The notes beneath the pieces are model-generated. The model did no database searches. It had not been told where the DNA came from and saw only the letters and a program-made list of their open reading frames with translations. Positions 8,686 through 17,889 of a DNA stretch of 55,284 nucleotides are shown here, piece after piece; the stretch's first letter is position 1; each line of letters opens with the position of its first letter. This DNA is from Campylobacteraceae bacterium (GTDB lineage Bacteria > Campylobacterota > Campylobacteria > Campylobacterales > Campylobacteraceae), in contig JAIROK010000131.1 in assembly GCA_031257555.1 (NCBI GenBank), positions 1 to 55,284 of the forward strand, written 5' to 3'. Both the position numbers and the translations under genes were made by a program.

Positions 8686-11430
8686 TCACTTCTTTTGATC
8701 TGTTTGATGTGTGTTTGATTCAATTTTAAATAAATCATGGCTTTCAATGATTTTAAGTTGTTCAGCAGTTGACAACACTTTATTATAAATTTCAGTAACT
8801 CTGCGAGTCATTTTTTCATCATCTTGATACTCCAACAAATAAAGCCAAATTGATTTCCATGTTTCATCAAACCCGCTTATCTTTTGTATACAATACCATA
8901 ATGCATCATACAGAACTTTCAATCTATCTACATTATATTTTATCTCTTCTTCTTGGTTATAGTTTGGCTGTAAATAAGTTATTGTATCCTTAACTTGCTT
9001 TTGTTTTGCATTCTTCCAAGCATTCATATCTTGATTATATTCGGAAACTTTATGTTTTTGGATAAGCAAGTCACCTAAATTGTTTAAATCCTCGTTGTAT
9101 TTTGGATTATCAAATGGGATATCTATCATTTCTCTAGAAAAAGACGCAAGTAAATCAAACTGCATCTGGCAACTATTAAACACAGGCAAAGATATCACAT
9201 TTGCAATAAATAACGACAGACTATCAAGACTACTAAATATAATTCTATTGCTGGTATACGCATATGAAAAATGGTAACTATGTCGTGTTGTAAAATAATG
9301 GTAAAGCATTTTTAACGGATATCCACCAAGCGGAACTTCATCAAGCACTTTTAAATATTTTTCGACAAAATGCTTGCTTAAGCTTGTGTCACAAATCATT
9401 TCAATGGCTAAATCACTGGCTATATATTTCACAGCATATCTCAAATCTGAGATATCGTCAAAATTGGTATCCAAATATTTATGCGCTACATACGGTCTCG
9501 AAATCTCTCCACAAGCGCCGCAAACATACAACCTATTATTTTTCTCGTATTCAGTATTGATTGCACTTGCACAATAGTATGTTCCAAGATAGAAACTCCT
9601 GATATTCTTATCGCCTTCCCAAATTGAAAAGCGATTGCGTTTCTCCCCAACATTATTCCAAGGTATGTCGAATAAAGTGTTTATTGTATTAGCAACAAGC
9701 AAATCATTGCCAGTATCATTTACATTTAATCTGACTTTTGACATATCACTGTTGAGCGAAACTAATGCAGCAAAAGAACACCTGCTATCTAATCCACCCG
9801 TTATGTCAAAAATAACTTCCATATTTTGTTTCTTGATCCAATTGATAATAGTCCTCGAATTGGATAATATTTCTCGTTTTGCACGCTTAAACATTATAAA
9901 ATAATCTCGCATATGAAATACCTTTGCTTGAGTCAACCCTTTTCCAAGCTCGTTATCTGTCAACTCAAAACCATTTTTTGTAATAGCAGCATCCTTCCAT
10001 ATGGGAACCGATTTAACTCCGCAAATATCCATATCAAGACCGATATGTTGTGAAAACATCTGCGTTCTTGAGGAACAAAATTTAATCATACTTGTATTAA
10101 AATCAAGTGATAAATTTATCATAAGCTTTTTTAGGATTAACAAAATTAAATGATAACGATTTGCAACAACTGTAATATCTTCACTTTGATAGTAAAACAT
10201 AAAGTTAAATCCGCAATTGTCTCTAATTATTTTTACACGCTCTTTTTCAGCAAAAACACAATAGAAACAACCAGCACGAGTTCTAATACTTTTTGGGTCT
10301 TTTATGTCAAAGATAATATTTTCATTAACTACAGCATAACCTGAAAAAAGAAACTGATTTTCACCATTGCCACGTAATTTTCCATTCGTAATCAGTAGTG
10401 TTTTGCACCCCCGCATGTCGCCAAATGTTTGCTGTGAAAAATTATTCAATCCATTTAGGTCAAAATTATTCGCTACATTTTTTGAAGAAACTAATGCAAA
10501 ATCACATTGTGTATCACTTAAACTATAAAAAGGTAATTCTTCTGTTATAAATTTTGTTTGATATTTGTAGTTATTAATAAATGACATATAATCTTTTAAG
10601 TCTTTTTCCATAAAATACAACATTGGTAATGAGCTTTTGATTATTTTGCTTGTTTTGGCTTTATTGGTTACAAATGCCAAAATAGTGTATACTCCGCTTT
10701 CTGTAAGTTCATATGAAAAATTGCGACTGTTACACCAACTATTTAATCTGTAATAAACCATCCCGTAACGCATAACATAATAAGTATAAGTTACTTCCAT
10801 ATCACGAAAACTACCTATAATTTCCGCAGAAATTACATTTCTGGAAATAGTAGTCTTTACCTCATAATTAGGAATTCTGATATAATGCTTCTCAATTGCA
10901 TTTAGCAATTTATCAAATACCGCAACATATTTTTGGTCATCTGCAACAAGAGTTTCATTGTAACGAATTGGAACAATAATATCCTTAGTTTTACCAATGC
11001 AACGGATAGCGGCATTCATTTCCTCAATAAGCCAAAAACAAAAATCTGTCTTTCTTTCGATTATTCTATCAACCAAAATAAAAACTTTTAGATATTTTGA
11101 ATTTGAAGCCGAAAAATGATCCTTCAAAATTTGTCGATTAATTGAGCCTTTATTCTTAAGCTTTATATTGATCGATAAAAAATCAACCACGAGATAGTCA
11201 GCATTTGTTTGAGCATAAAAATTAACAAGGTTAGTATTTATATCCACAGAGTTACTATTAAAAAAACGCAATATCTCTGTTTTGCTACTATTTATGAATA
11301 TAGAGTGTAATTCATCACTAGCTATTAAATCTATTTTAATCACAGATTTGTATTTCCTTTTTATTATTTGTAATTGTCGAAAATCAATGTTGTTGCAAAA
11401 CTGCCAAAAATTATAAATTTCATTTTTCAA
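8686..11430 (-). CDS. large asparagine-synthetase (AsnB)-like amidotransferase/adenylating enzyme with an unknown ~340-aa N-terminal extension
   Basis: 914 aa. It has a PP-loop motif TGGLDS (aa 544-549, nt 9784-9801). This is preceded by a segment resembling the AsnB Ntn-glutaminase fold (AGCFYCVFAEKERVKIIRDNCGFNFMFYY...VVANRYHLIL) but without an N-terminal Cys nucleophile. Confidence 0.6.
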   Translation of the reverse strand: MKNEIYNFWQFCNNIDFRQLQIIKRKYKSVIKIDLIASDELHSIFINSSKTEILRFFNSNSVDINTNLVNFYAQTNADYLVVDFLSINIKLKNKGSINRQILKDHFSASNSKYLKVFILVDRIIERKTDFCFWLIEEMNAAIRCIGKTKDIIVPIRYNETLVADDQKYVAVFDKLLNAIEKHYIRIPNYEVKTTISRNVISAEIIGSFRDMEVTYTYYVMRYGMVYYRLNSWCNSRNFSYELTESGVYTILAFVTNKAKTSKIIKSSLPMLYFMEKDLKDYMSFINNYKYQTKFITEELPFYSLSDTQCDFALVSSKNVANNFDLNGLNNFSQQTFGDMRGCKTLLITNGKLRGNGENQFLFSGYAVVNENIIFDIKDPKSIRTRAGCFYCVFAEKERVKIIRDNCGFNFMFYYQSEDITVVANRYHLILLILKKLMINLSLDFNTSMIKFCSSRTQMFSQHIGLDMDICGVKSVPIWKDAAITKNGFELTDNELGKGLTQAKVFHMRDYFIMFKRAKREILSNSRTIINWIKKQNMEVIFDITGGLDSRCSFAALVSLNSDMSKVRLNVNDTGNDLLVANTINTLFDIPWNNVGEKRNRFSIWEGDKNIRSFYLGTYYCASAINTEYEKNNRLYVCGACGEISRPYVAHKYLDTNFDDISDLRYAVKYIASDLAIEMICDTSLSKHFVEKYLKVLDEVPLGGYPLKMLYHYFTTRHSYHFSYAYTSNRIIFSSLDSLSLFIANVISLPVFNSCQMQFDLLASFSREMIDIPFDNPKYNEDLNNLGDLLIQKHKVSEYNQDMNAWKNAKQKQVKDTITYLQPNYNQEEEIKYNVDRLKVLYDALWYCIQKISGFDETWKSIWLYLLEYQDDEKMTRRVTEIYNKVLSTAEQLKIIESHDLFKIESNTHQTDQKK

Positions 11431-14400
11431 ACTGCTTTAACTCTTGTTCTATCACTATATTCGATGCACTCTGTCTTCTAACTCGTTTTGCTGCCGCTTC
11501 GGACATTTGCAAAAATTTATCGGGATTACTGTATAAAAATTCTATTGCCTCAGCAATCTCTTCGGCACTTTCTGCTTTAGCCAAAAAACCGCATTCGTCA
11601 TCTACAAATTCAGGAATAGCCGCAACGCTATTTGTTATCGGTACAAGCCCCGAAGCCATAGCCTCATCTCTTGATACACCATGCGAATCCCATCTTGTAG
11701 GACATAAAAAAACTCCATGCTGTTTATGCAGTTTTGCTATCTCTTGTTGTGTTAAAAAACGCTTCTCTATAATTACGTTTGGGTATATTTTCAAAGGGGT
11801 TAATATCTCATCAAATAAAGCACCGTTGCCTATCATCCTAAACCCCAACTCTTTAAAAAATGATTTTTGAGATAATAACCGAATGGCTTTAGCGCTCAAA
11901 TCATTTGCATATTGTGCTGATGAATATGGTCTTATAGATAAAATTTTCAATCTCTGTTCTTTTGGCTTTGCTTCGTAAGAAAACAATCTTGCATTGATAG
12001 GATTGTGTATAATGGAATACTTATCTTTAGGTATAGCAAAACCCAAATCCTCCATAACTTCTTTGGCAAAATAATCCGACACAAAAACCAATTTTAGGTT
12101 TTTCGGTATCTTTTGCAATAAATCTTGCCAAAAACCAAATCTTTTTTCGCTTTCAATCTTGGCTGCATTTAACTGCTCTTCCGTACTGTAGTTATATTCG
12201 CGTCTCCACCAAGGCTGTATCTCAGAGCCGTGTATCCACACCGTTATATCTACATCATACTCTTTTAACACATCCCACATCTGAGCATTCAAGAAATGCG
12301 CAAGTACACTTTCGTATCTTTTGCTGTCCAAAAGTGTATGCAGTACCTTTTGTGAACCTGTGATAACATCTATATTTTCAAACTCATAATATGATATATC
12401 TTCATTCATGCGCAGACAAAACAGATCAACATCTATACCTTTTTGTTTGTACTCTTTTACACGGCTATGAACAAAACCGTTACGGTATAAATTTTCGTAA
12501 CTTGGATATATATTGGTAATAAGCAAATATTTTGTTTTACTTAGAATCTCTTTGGATTGGATATCTTTATGGGATAAAAACAGCATTTGAATTTGTGCTG
12601 CTCCACCACCAAATACTCGCCACCCAAGACGTATATATTCCGTGCCTATAGGAATATTAACCGTATGATTGCAATTTGCAGTCTTAATCTCATGACTTAT
12701 TCGCTGTTTTTGAGCATCAAAAAACAGTAGAGTAAGCATTATATTGAGCCCTGGCGTTGTTTCCAAAAAGAAATTTATTTTATCGTCTTTAGCTTCCAAA
12801 TCACTTGGAGTAATATAATTAGCAGCATAAATATATTCGTGTTCTCCGCTTTTCATAGATGAGTTTACTGTGATACCAAACTCATCTTGTTCTATAGCTA
12901 CCTTTTTGTTTTTGCATATACCGAATATCTCTTGAAGTTTACTGATATTTAGTTTAGGCATATCGTCCGAAGATTCGTTTGAAGGCATGATATTTTCTGC
13001 TTTTTGCATTAACTCGCCAATGCTAAGTCCGGTATCAATTTTTATATCGTCAACTTGCAATATCTCTTGAGCGCCTATGTTGTCACCATATCTGCAATAA
13101 TTATACGAATCTATCGCTACAGAGTCCGATTTGGTGTATTTTTTATCGGATAAGGTCTCTAAAAATTTGACAAGTTTCTCTTTTTGGAGTATTTCAATGC
13201 GTGCTATACTGTTGCGAAATTCCAATGAACTTACTATGTGATAAGCTTTATCTTTGTCTATCAATTCAAGTTTATCATCTATATATTGATAATGAGAGGC
13301 TTTGCCTATCACTTTAGCTTTTGTATATTTAGTAGCTAACGCCAAATCGAGCAGATAATTTTTGCCATAATAATCTTTTGAATGAATGCCTGCTATCATC
13401 GAAGCATTGTTTACAATTTTAGATATTGTCTTATCTTTTGCATCATTATAATCTATAAAATGGATACGCTCATCTTCCTCTTTTATTGTATTCAAGTTTT
13501 CACCCAACAATACATATAGTGATACTTTAGGATAACTTTGTCGTTTGAAACTTGAGAGTATGGATTTTAGTTCATCTTCGTTTTTAGCAAAAGCGAGCAT
13601 TGCAACGTAAGGCAATGAGTCTTTGACTTTTTGGCTGTCGACTTTACTCAAGATATAGTTTAAACGCTCTTCGTATGTATGTTCCATCATAACTTTGCGT
13701 AAAGCTGCCAATCTCAATTTGCTGGCATATTCCTCACTGTCTAATGATTTTTGCAGTCTGCTTATTATCTCTTTTGCATTATCTGTAGATATAACCAAAT
13801 CGCCAAACATCAAACGTAAACCTCGTGAAAAATTACTGACTGTTATAGTGTTGCAACCAAGCAACTCATAGACTCTTCTGGCAAACATACTTTGTGAATA
13901 CTTTATAGAATTGAGATTTATAGCGTATCTATAACCCTTATAAGCCACATCTATATCTTTGAACGGCAAAACTCCTGCTATAAAAGGTTGGTACTCTTTT
14001 GGAAATTGGTAATTTACATCATTTTTGCCAAAATTTCTGTCATATATCTCTACAGGACGAAAATCCGGCAATAAAGAGATGAAACTATTCAAATCCTGTG
14101 TGCGTCCGGGATATCTTACATAGTATGCACCGGCAAAACAAAATGCATCTTTTCTTTTATAAAGCTCGATAGGATTATGAATGGCAGGCTGAAATGCGAA
14201 TGGAAGCAAATATACACGTTCATGTCCAAGTGCAGCTTTATATCTATGGATACAATCTATATCTGTCGTAAAAACAAAATCAAACTGCTTTGCTGTATTT
14301 AAAAATGTCTCAAAATGTATAGGGTCTTCTTTGTTCCAAAAAACAGTAGGTATATTTTTGTTTTTGCACCATGTCACAATTTGCTGTAACTCTTCCGAAT

Positions 14401-15178
14401 TATGTCCTACCTTACTTCCCCAGAGTTCATCTTTGCCTCTCCATGCAGATTCTATAAATAATAATTCGGGTTTAAACTCTTTAAGTTCATTTTGCCAATT
14501 ATCAGGAGTCAACTGCTTGATGTCACATTCGTAACGATATGAATTAAAAGTAAAATCATCCATTATCACAGCTACACGTAATTTATTTTTGATTTCATCT
14601 TTAATTGCCAACGAATACGCTTTTTTGCTTTTTTGCAGTAATTCAGGCATAGCGATATTGGTTTGCGGAGTATTAATAAATTTAATATCACTTTGTGTAT
14701 CAATAGGCGTTTTGTGTATATTGTGCTTTTTTGCTAATTTTCTTCTTTTGGACTCTTTATAAATATCAAAAAGAGCAAACGGCAGCTTTATAATTCCTTT
14801 TGCAGTTTTTAGTCCATTTAACAATCGATATCCAAGCTGATATGTTATGCTTGCTCTTAATTGTATGACATCTTTTTGGGCTTGAAAATATTTATCATTA
14901 GCGCTCTTTAAATCATTTATCGCAATGGTTGATTTGGTTTTTTCTGCTTCTAACTCTTTTTTTAAAATTGCAATTTCTTTAGATCTCAATTCATTTTGTA
15001 TATTTAAATTTTTTTCATTTTCTTCAATTTTTGCCTCATACACAGCAACTATTTTTTTCAAAAGTTCACTATTTTCACGTTCTTTTTCATACGCTATGCG
15101 TAAATTATTTAACTCCTCTTTTAAGATATCTGTTTGTGTATAAGTTTTGTTTTTTGTCTTTGCGGCTTTTGTATTCAT
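11420..15178 (-). CDS. multidomain capsule glycosyltransferase / putative polymerase (coiled coil + CgeB-like GT + GT-A-like module + beta-sandwich + C-terminal GT4)
   Basis: The long ORF is 1260 aa; numbering below uses it. I prefer the start at ATG 15178, which forms an ATGA overlap with the wecC stop. Domains: coiled coil at aa ~25-115, CgeB-like region at aa ~205-520, and a GT-A-like module (PYVAMLAFAKNEDELKSILSSFKRQSYP...DYYGKNYLLDL) at aa ~530-700. The C-terminal GT-B domain has ...HGVSRDEAMASGLVPITN (EX7E-type motif). Confidence 0.75.
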   Translation of the reverse strand: MNTKAAKTKNKTYTQTDILKEELNNLRIAYEKERENSELLKKIVAVYEAKIEENEKNLNIQNELRSKEIAILKKELEAEKTKSTIAINDLKSANDKYFQAQKDVIQLRASITYQLGYRLLNGLKTAKGIIKLPFALFDIYKESKRRKLAKKHNIHKTPIDTQSDIKFINTPQTNIAMPELLQKSKKAYSLAIKDEIKNKLRVAVIMDDFTFNSYRYECDIKQLTPDNWQNELKEFKPELLFIESAWRGKDELWGSKVGHNSEELQQIVTWCKNKNIPTVFWNKEDPIHFETFLNTAKQFDFVFTTDIDCIHRYKAALGHERVYLLPFAFQPAIHNPIELYKRKDAFCFAGAYYVRYPGRTQDLNSFISLLPDFRPVEIYDRNFGKNDVNYQFPKEYQPFIAGVLPFKDIDVAYKGYRYAINLNSIKYSQSMFARRVYELLGCNTITVSNFSRGLRLMFGDLVISTDNAKEIISRLQKSLDSEEYASKLRLAALRKVMMEHTYEERLNYILSKVDSQKVKDSLPYVAMLAFAKNEDELKSILSSFKRQSYPKVSLYVLLGENLNTIKEEDERIHFIDYNDAKDKTISKIVNNASMIAGIHSKDYYGKNYLLDLALATKYTKAKVIGKASHYQYIDDKLELIDKDKAYHIVSSLEFRNSIARIEILQKEKLVKFLETLSDKKYTKSDSVAIDSYNYCRYGDNIGAQEILQVDDIKIDTGLSIGELMQKAENIMPSNESSDDMPKLNISKLQEIFGICKNKKVAIEQDEFGITVNSSMKSGEHEYIYAANYITPSDLEAKDDKINFFLETTPGLNIMLTLLFFDAQKQRISHEIKTANCNHTVNIPIGTEYIRLGWRVFGGGAAQIQMLFLSHKDIQSKEILSKTKYLLITNIYPSYENLYRNGFVHSRVKEYKQKGIDVDLFCLRMNEDISYYEFENIDVITGSQKVLHTLLDSKRYESVLAHFLNAQMWDVLKEYDVDITVWIHGSEIQPWWRREYNYSTEEQLNAAKIESEKRFGFWQDLLQKIPKNLKLVFVSDYFAKEVMEDLGFAIPKDKYSIIHNPINARLFSYEAKPKEQRLKILSIRPYSSAQYANDLSAKAIRLLSQKSFFKELGFRMIGNGALFDEILTPLKIYPNVIIEKRFLTQQEIAKLHKQHGVFLCPTRWDSHGVSRDEAMASGLVPITNSVAAIPEFVDDECGFLAKAESAEEIAEAIEFLYSNPDKFLQMSEAAAKRVRRQSASNIVIEQELKQFEK

Positions 15179-16431
15179 TGTACACCTTTCAACGCGCCGC
15201 AAAAATCCAGCACTTGCGTATCATGCAAAATTTCCGATGATTTAAACTCATTGTGTCCGACCAATACAAAATTGCAGGCAGAATTATCAAAATCCGCTAA
15301 GTCTATCAATTCGCAATTTTTATGCTTTAATTTTTCCGGCAACTCTTTGATATTCGGCTCTACTACATTCACTTTCAGACCATTTTGAAGCAGTGCATAT
15401 ACAATCTCCACAGCCGGACTCTCGCGCAAATCATCGATATCGGGCTTAAAAGCAAGTCCAAAACAAGCTATCGCTATATCGTTTTTATCTTTTTGCGGAT
15501 TTTCTTCTAAAAATCTTGATATGGCATTATTGATTTTATCCACTACCCATTGAGGTTTATAACCGTTCACCTCTCTTGCCGCTCGTATCAGCTTTGCCTC
15601 TTTTGGGCTCTTGCTGACTATGAACCACGGGTCAACTGCTATGCAGTGTCCGCCCACTCCGCACCCGGGCTGTAAGATATTTACTCGTGGATGGCGGTTT
15701 GCCAAAGATATAAGCTCCCAAACATTTATACCAAGTTTGTCACATATAACGGATAATTCATTGGCAAATGCGATATTTACATCTCTGAAGCTATTTTCTG
15801 TGAGTTTGCACATCTCTGCTGTTTTGTCATCTGTAACAATGCACTCGCCTTTTACAAAAGTTTTGTAAAGTCTAACGGCGGCATTTGAACATTTTGGTGT
15901 CATACCGCCTATGATTCTGTCGTTTTCTTCAAGTTCTTTTAGTATGCGCCCGGGCAAAACTCTTTCAGGGCAGTGTGCTATCCTTATATCCGAATCCTCA
16001 CCGTGAGTCTGCGGAAAAGTAAGGTCTAAGCGCTTTGATGAGAGCCAATCCGCCATCTGTTCGGTCGCCCCAACAGGAGATGTAGACTCCAAAATCACCA
16101 AATCGCCTTTTTTAAGCACAGGAGCGATAGATTTCGCGGCAGACTCTATATATGTGAGGTCAGGCTCGTGATCGTCTTTAAATGGAGTCGGCACGGCTAT
16201 GATAAAAACATCGGCAGCTTTTGGTTTTGTGAAAGCTTCCAAATATCCGTTTGCGACAACACTATCAACAAGTTTGTCAAGTTCGGGCTCTACAATGTGT
16301 ATTTTGCCTTGATTGATAGTATCGACCGCATGCTGACTTACATCAACGCCCACAACCTTAACACCGCAAGCTGCAAACATGGCAGCAGTCGGCAAACCTA
16401 TATATCCTAAACCTATCACTGATATTGTCAT
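15175..16431 (-). CDS. wecC: UDP-N-acetyl-D-mannosamine dehydrogenase
   Basis: 418 aa with an N-terminal Rossmann motif VIGLGYIGLPTA and a catalytic-Cys region GCGVGGHCI. It belongs to the UDP-glucose/GDP-mannose dehydrogenase family, is adjacent to the 2-epimerase, and overall resembles WecC/Cap5O. Confidence 0.88.
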   Translation of the reverse strand: MTISVIGLGYIGLPTAAMFAACGVKVVGVDVSQHAVDTINQGKIHIVEPELDKLVDSVVANGYLEAFTKPKAADVFIIAVPTPFKDDHEPDLTYIESAAKSIAPVLKKGDLVILESTSPVGATEQMADWLSSKRLDLTFPQTHGEDSDIRIAHCPERVLPGRILKELEENDRIIGGMTPKCSNAAVRLYKTFVKGECIVTDDKTAEMCKLTENSFRDVNIAFANELSVICDKLGINVWELISLANRHPRVNILQPGCGVGGHCIAVDPWFIVSKSPKEAKLIRAAREVNGYKPQWVVDKINNAISRFLEENPQKDKNDIAIACFGLAFKPDIDDLRESPAVEIVYALLQNGLKVNVVEPNIKELPEKLKHKNCELIDLADFDNSACNFVLVGHNEFKSSEILHDTQVLDFCGALKGVQ

Positions 16432-16433
16432 TA

Positions 16434-17564
16434 CTAAACACTCGCTTTTATTAATTGTTTTTCTTGCATAAATTGTAAAATACGTTCGCAGGCTTTGCCG
16501 TCTCCGTATGGATTTAGAGCTTTTGCCATTTCGTTATAACAAGTCTGATTTGTAAGCAGCTCGGTTGCTTCATCTACGATGGTATTTGTGTTCGTTCCGA
16601 CCAATCTTACTGTTCCAGCTTTCAATGCTTCAACCCTTTCTGTTGTATTTCTCATAACAAGTACGGGTTTTCCAAGAGACGGAGCCTCCTCTTGTATACC
16701 GCCCGAATCCGTTAAAATAATATATGAGCGCATCATCAAGTAGACAAACGGTACATACTCTTGTGGTTCTATGAGATAGACATTGTTTAAACCGCTCAGA
16801 TATCGTTTAACAGGTTCTTGGACATTTGGATTTAGATGCACGGGATATACAAAATCAACATTTGAAAAATTTTTCGCAAGCGTTTTTATGGCAAGACAAA
16901 TATCCTCAAAACCATGTCCAAAATTTTCACGGCGATGACCGGTAATAAGTACTACTTTAGAACGCAAAAAATGAAATCTATCTTCTAACATTCTTTGAAG
17001 TTTCGGGGTTTTTTCTATCTTGTTTTTGATTAGCAAAAGAGCATCTATGACGGTATTGCCGGTTACAAATATAAAATCGTGAGAGACTTTTTCACTCAAC
17101 AGGTTTTCTCTTGCATAATATGTAGGCACAAAGTGATATTTCGTCAAAACGGCTGTCAATTTTCTGTTTGCCTCTTCAGGATATGGCGAATACAAATCCC
17201 CCGTGCGAAGTCCGGCTTCCACATGCGCAACATCTATCTTGTGGTAAAAAGCAGCTAAGCTTACAGCAAATGTTGTGGCTGTATCTCCATGCACAAAAAC
17301 GATATCCGGTCTATATTCACTCAAAACATGTGTGATTTTTGCCAAAATCGATGATGTTACGTCGGATAAACTCTGATGTGCTCTCATAATATCCAAATCA
17401 TAATCCGGACATATCTCAAATGTATTTAAAACTTGATCCAGCATACCTCTGTGCTGAGCTGAAACACAAACTTTATGTTCGATGCCATACTCTTTCATGC
17501 CTATAACTAATGGTGCCATTTTTATGGCTTCAGGTCTTGTCCCAAATACAATAAGTGTTTTCAA
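16434..17564 (-). CDS. wecB: UDP-N-acetylglucosamine 2-epimerase (non-hydrolysing)
   Basis: 376 aa with (M)KTLIVFGTRPEAIKMAPL, HVEAGLRT and DSGGIQEEAPSLGKPVLV motifs. It has a TTG start at 17564, and alignment to the family N-terminus supports this start. Confidence 0.92.
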   Translation of the reverse strand: MKTLIVFGTRPEAIKMAPLVIGMKEYGIEHKVCVSAQHRGMLDQVLNTFEICPDYDLDIMRAHQSLSDVTSSILAKITHVLSEYRPDIVFVHGDTATTFAVSLAAFYHKIDVAHVEAGLRTGDLYSPYPEEANRKLTAVLTKYHFVPTYYARENLLSEKVSHDFIFVTGNTVIDALLLIKNKIEKTPKLQRMLEDRFHFLRSKVVLITGHRRENFGHGFEDICLAIKTLAKNFSNVDFVYPVHLNPNVQEPVKRYLSGLNNVYLIEPQEYVPFVYLMMRSYIILTDSGGIQEEAPSLGKPVLVMRNTTERVEALKAGTVRLVGTNTNTIVDEATELLTNQTCYNEMAKALNPYGDGKACERILQFMQEKQLIKASV

Positions 17565-17606
17565 AGTTGAATCTTTATTTAAGTTGCGTTAAAAACAGCA
17601 AGTAAG

Positions 17607-17620
17607 TATATATATATATA
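17607..17620. repeat. (TA)7 dinucleotide repeat in the divergent wecB / kpsM promoter region
   Basis: Read directly as tatatatatatata at 17607-17620. It begins 43 nt upstream of the wecB TTG start and overlaps a -10-like TATACT on the minus strand. Confidence 0.9.
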
Positions 17621-17889
17621 TTAATTTTTGATTAATTTTATATTTTTTAATATAGTCATAAAATATAAACATTCAAAGTGTTAAAGAAGTAAATATTAAA
17701 GTATTGTGATAATCATCAATCGTATTAAAAAATATACATATCACACTTTTTTGTTGGGGTTGAGTGGTAAGAGAAAAATAGCACGGTATCCCCTTGTATC
17801 CAAGACTTCGAAAAATATTTTGCATAATCTCACAATCTATTTTCAAAAATGAAATTTTTAGATAAAATGTCTCTAAAATTTGAATACGA

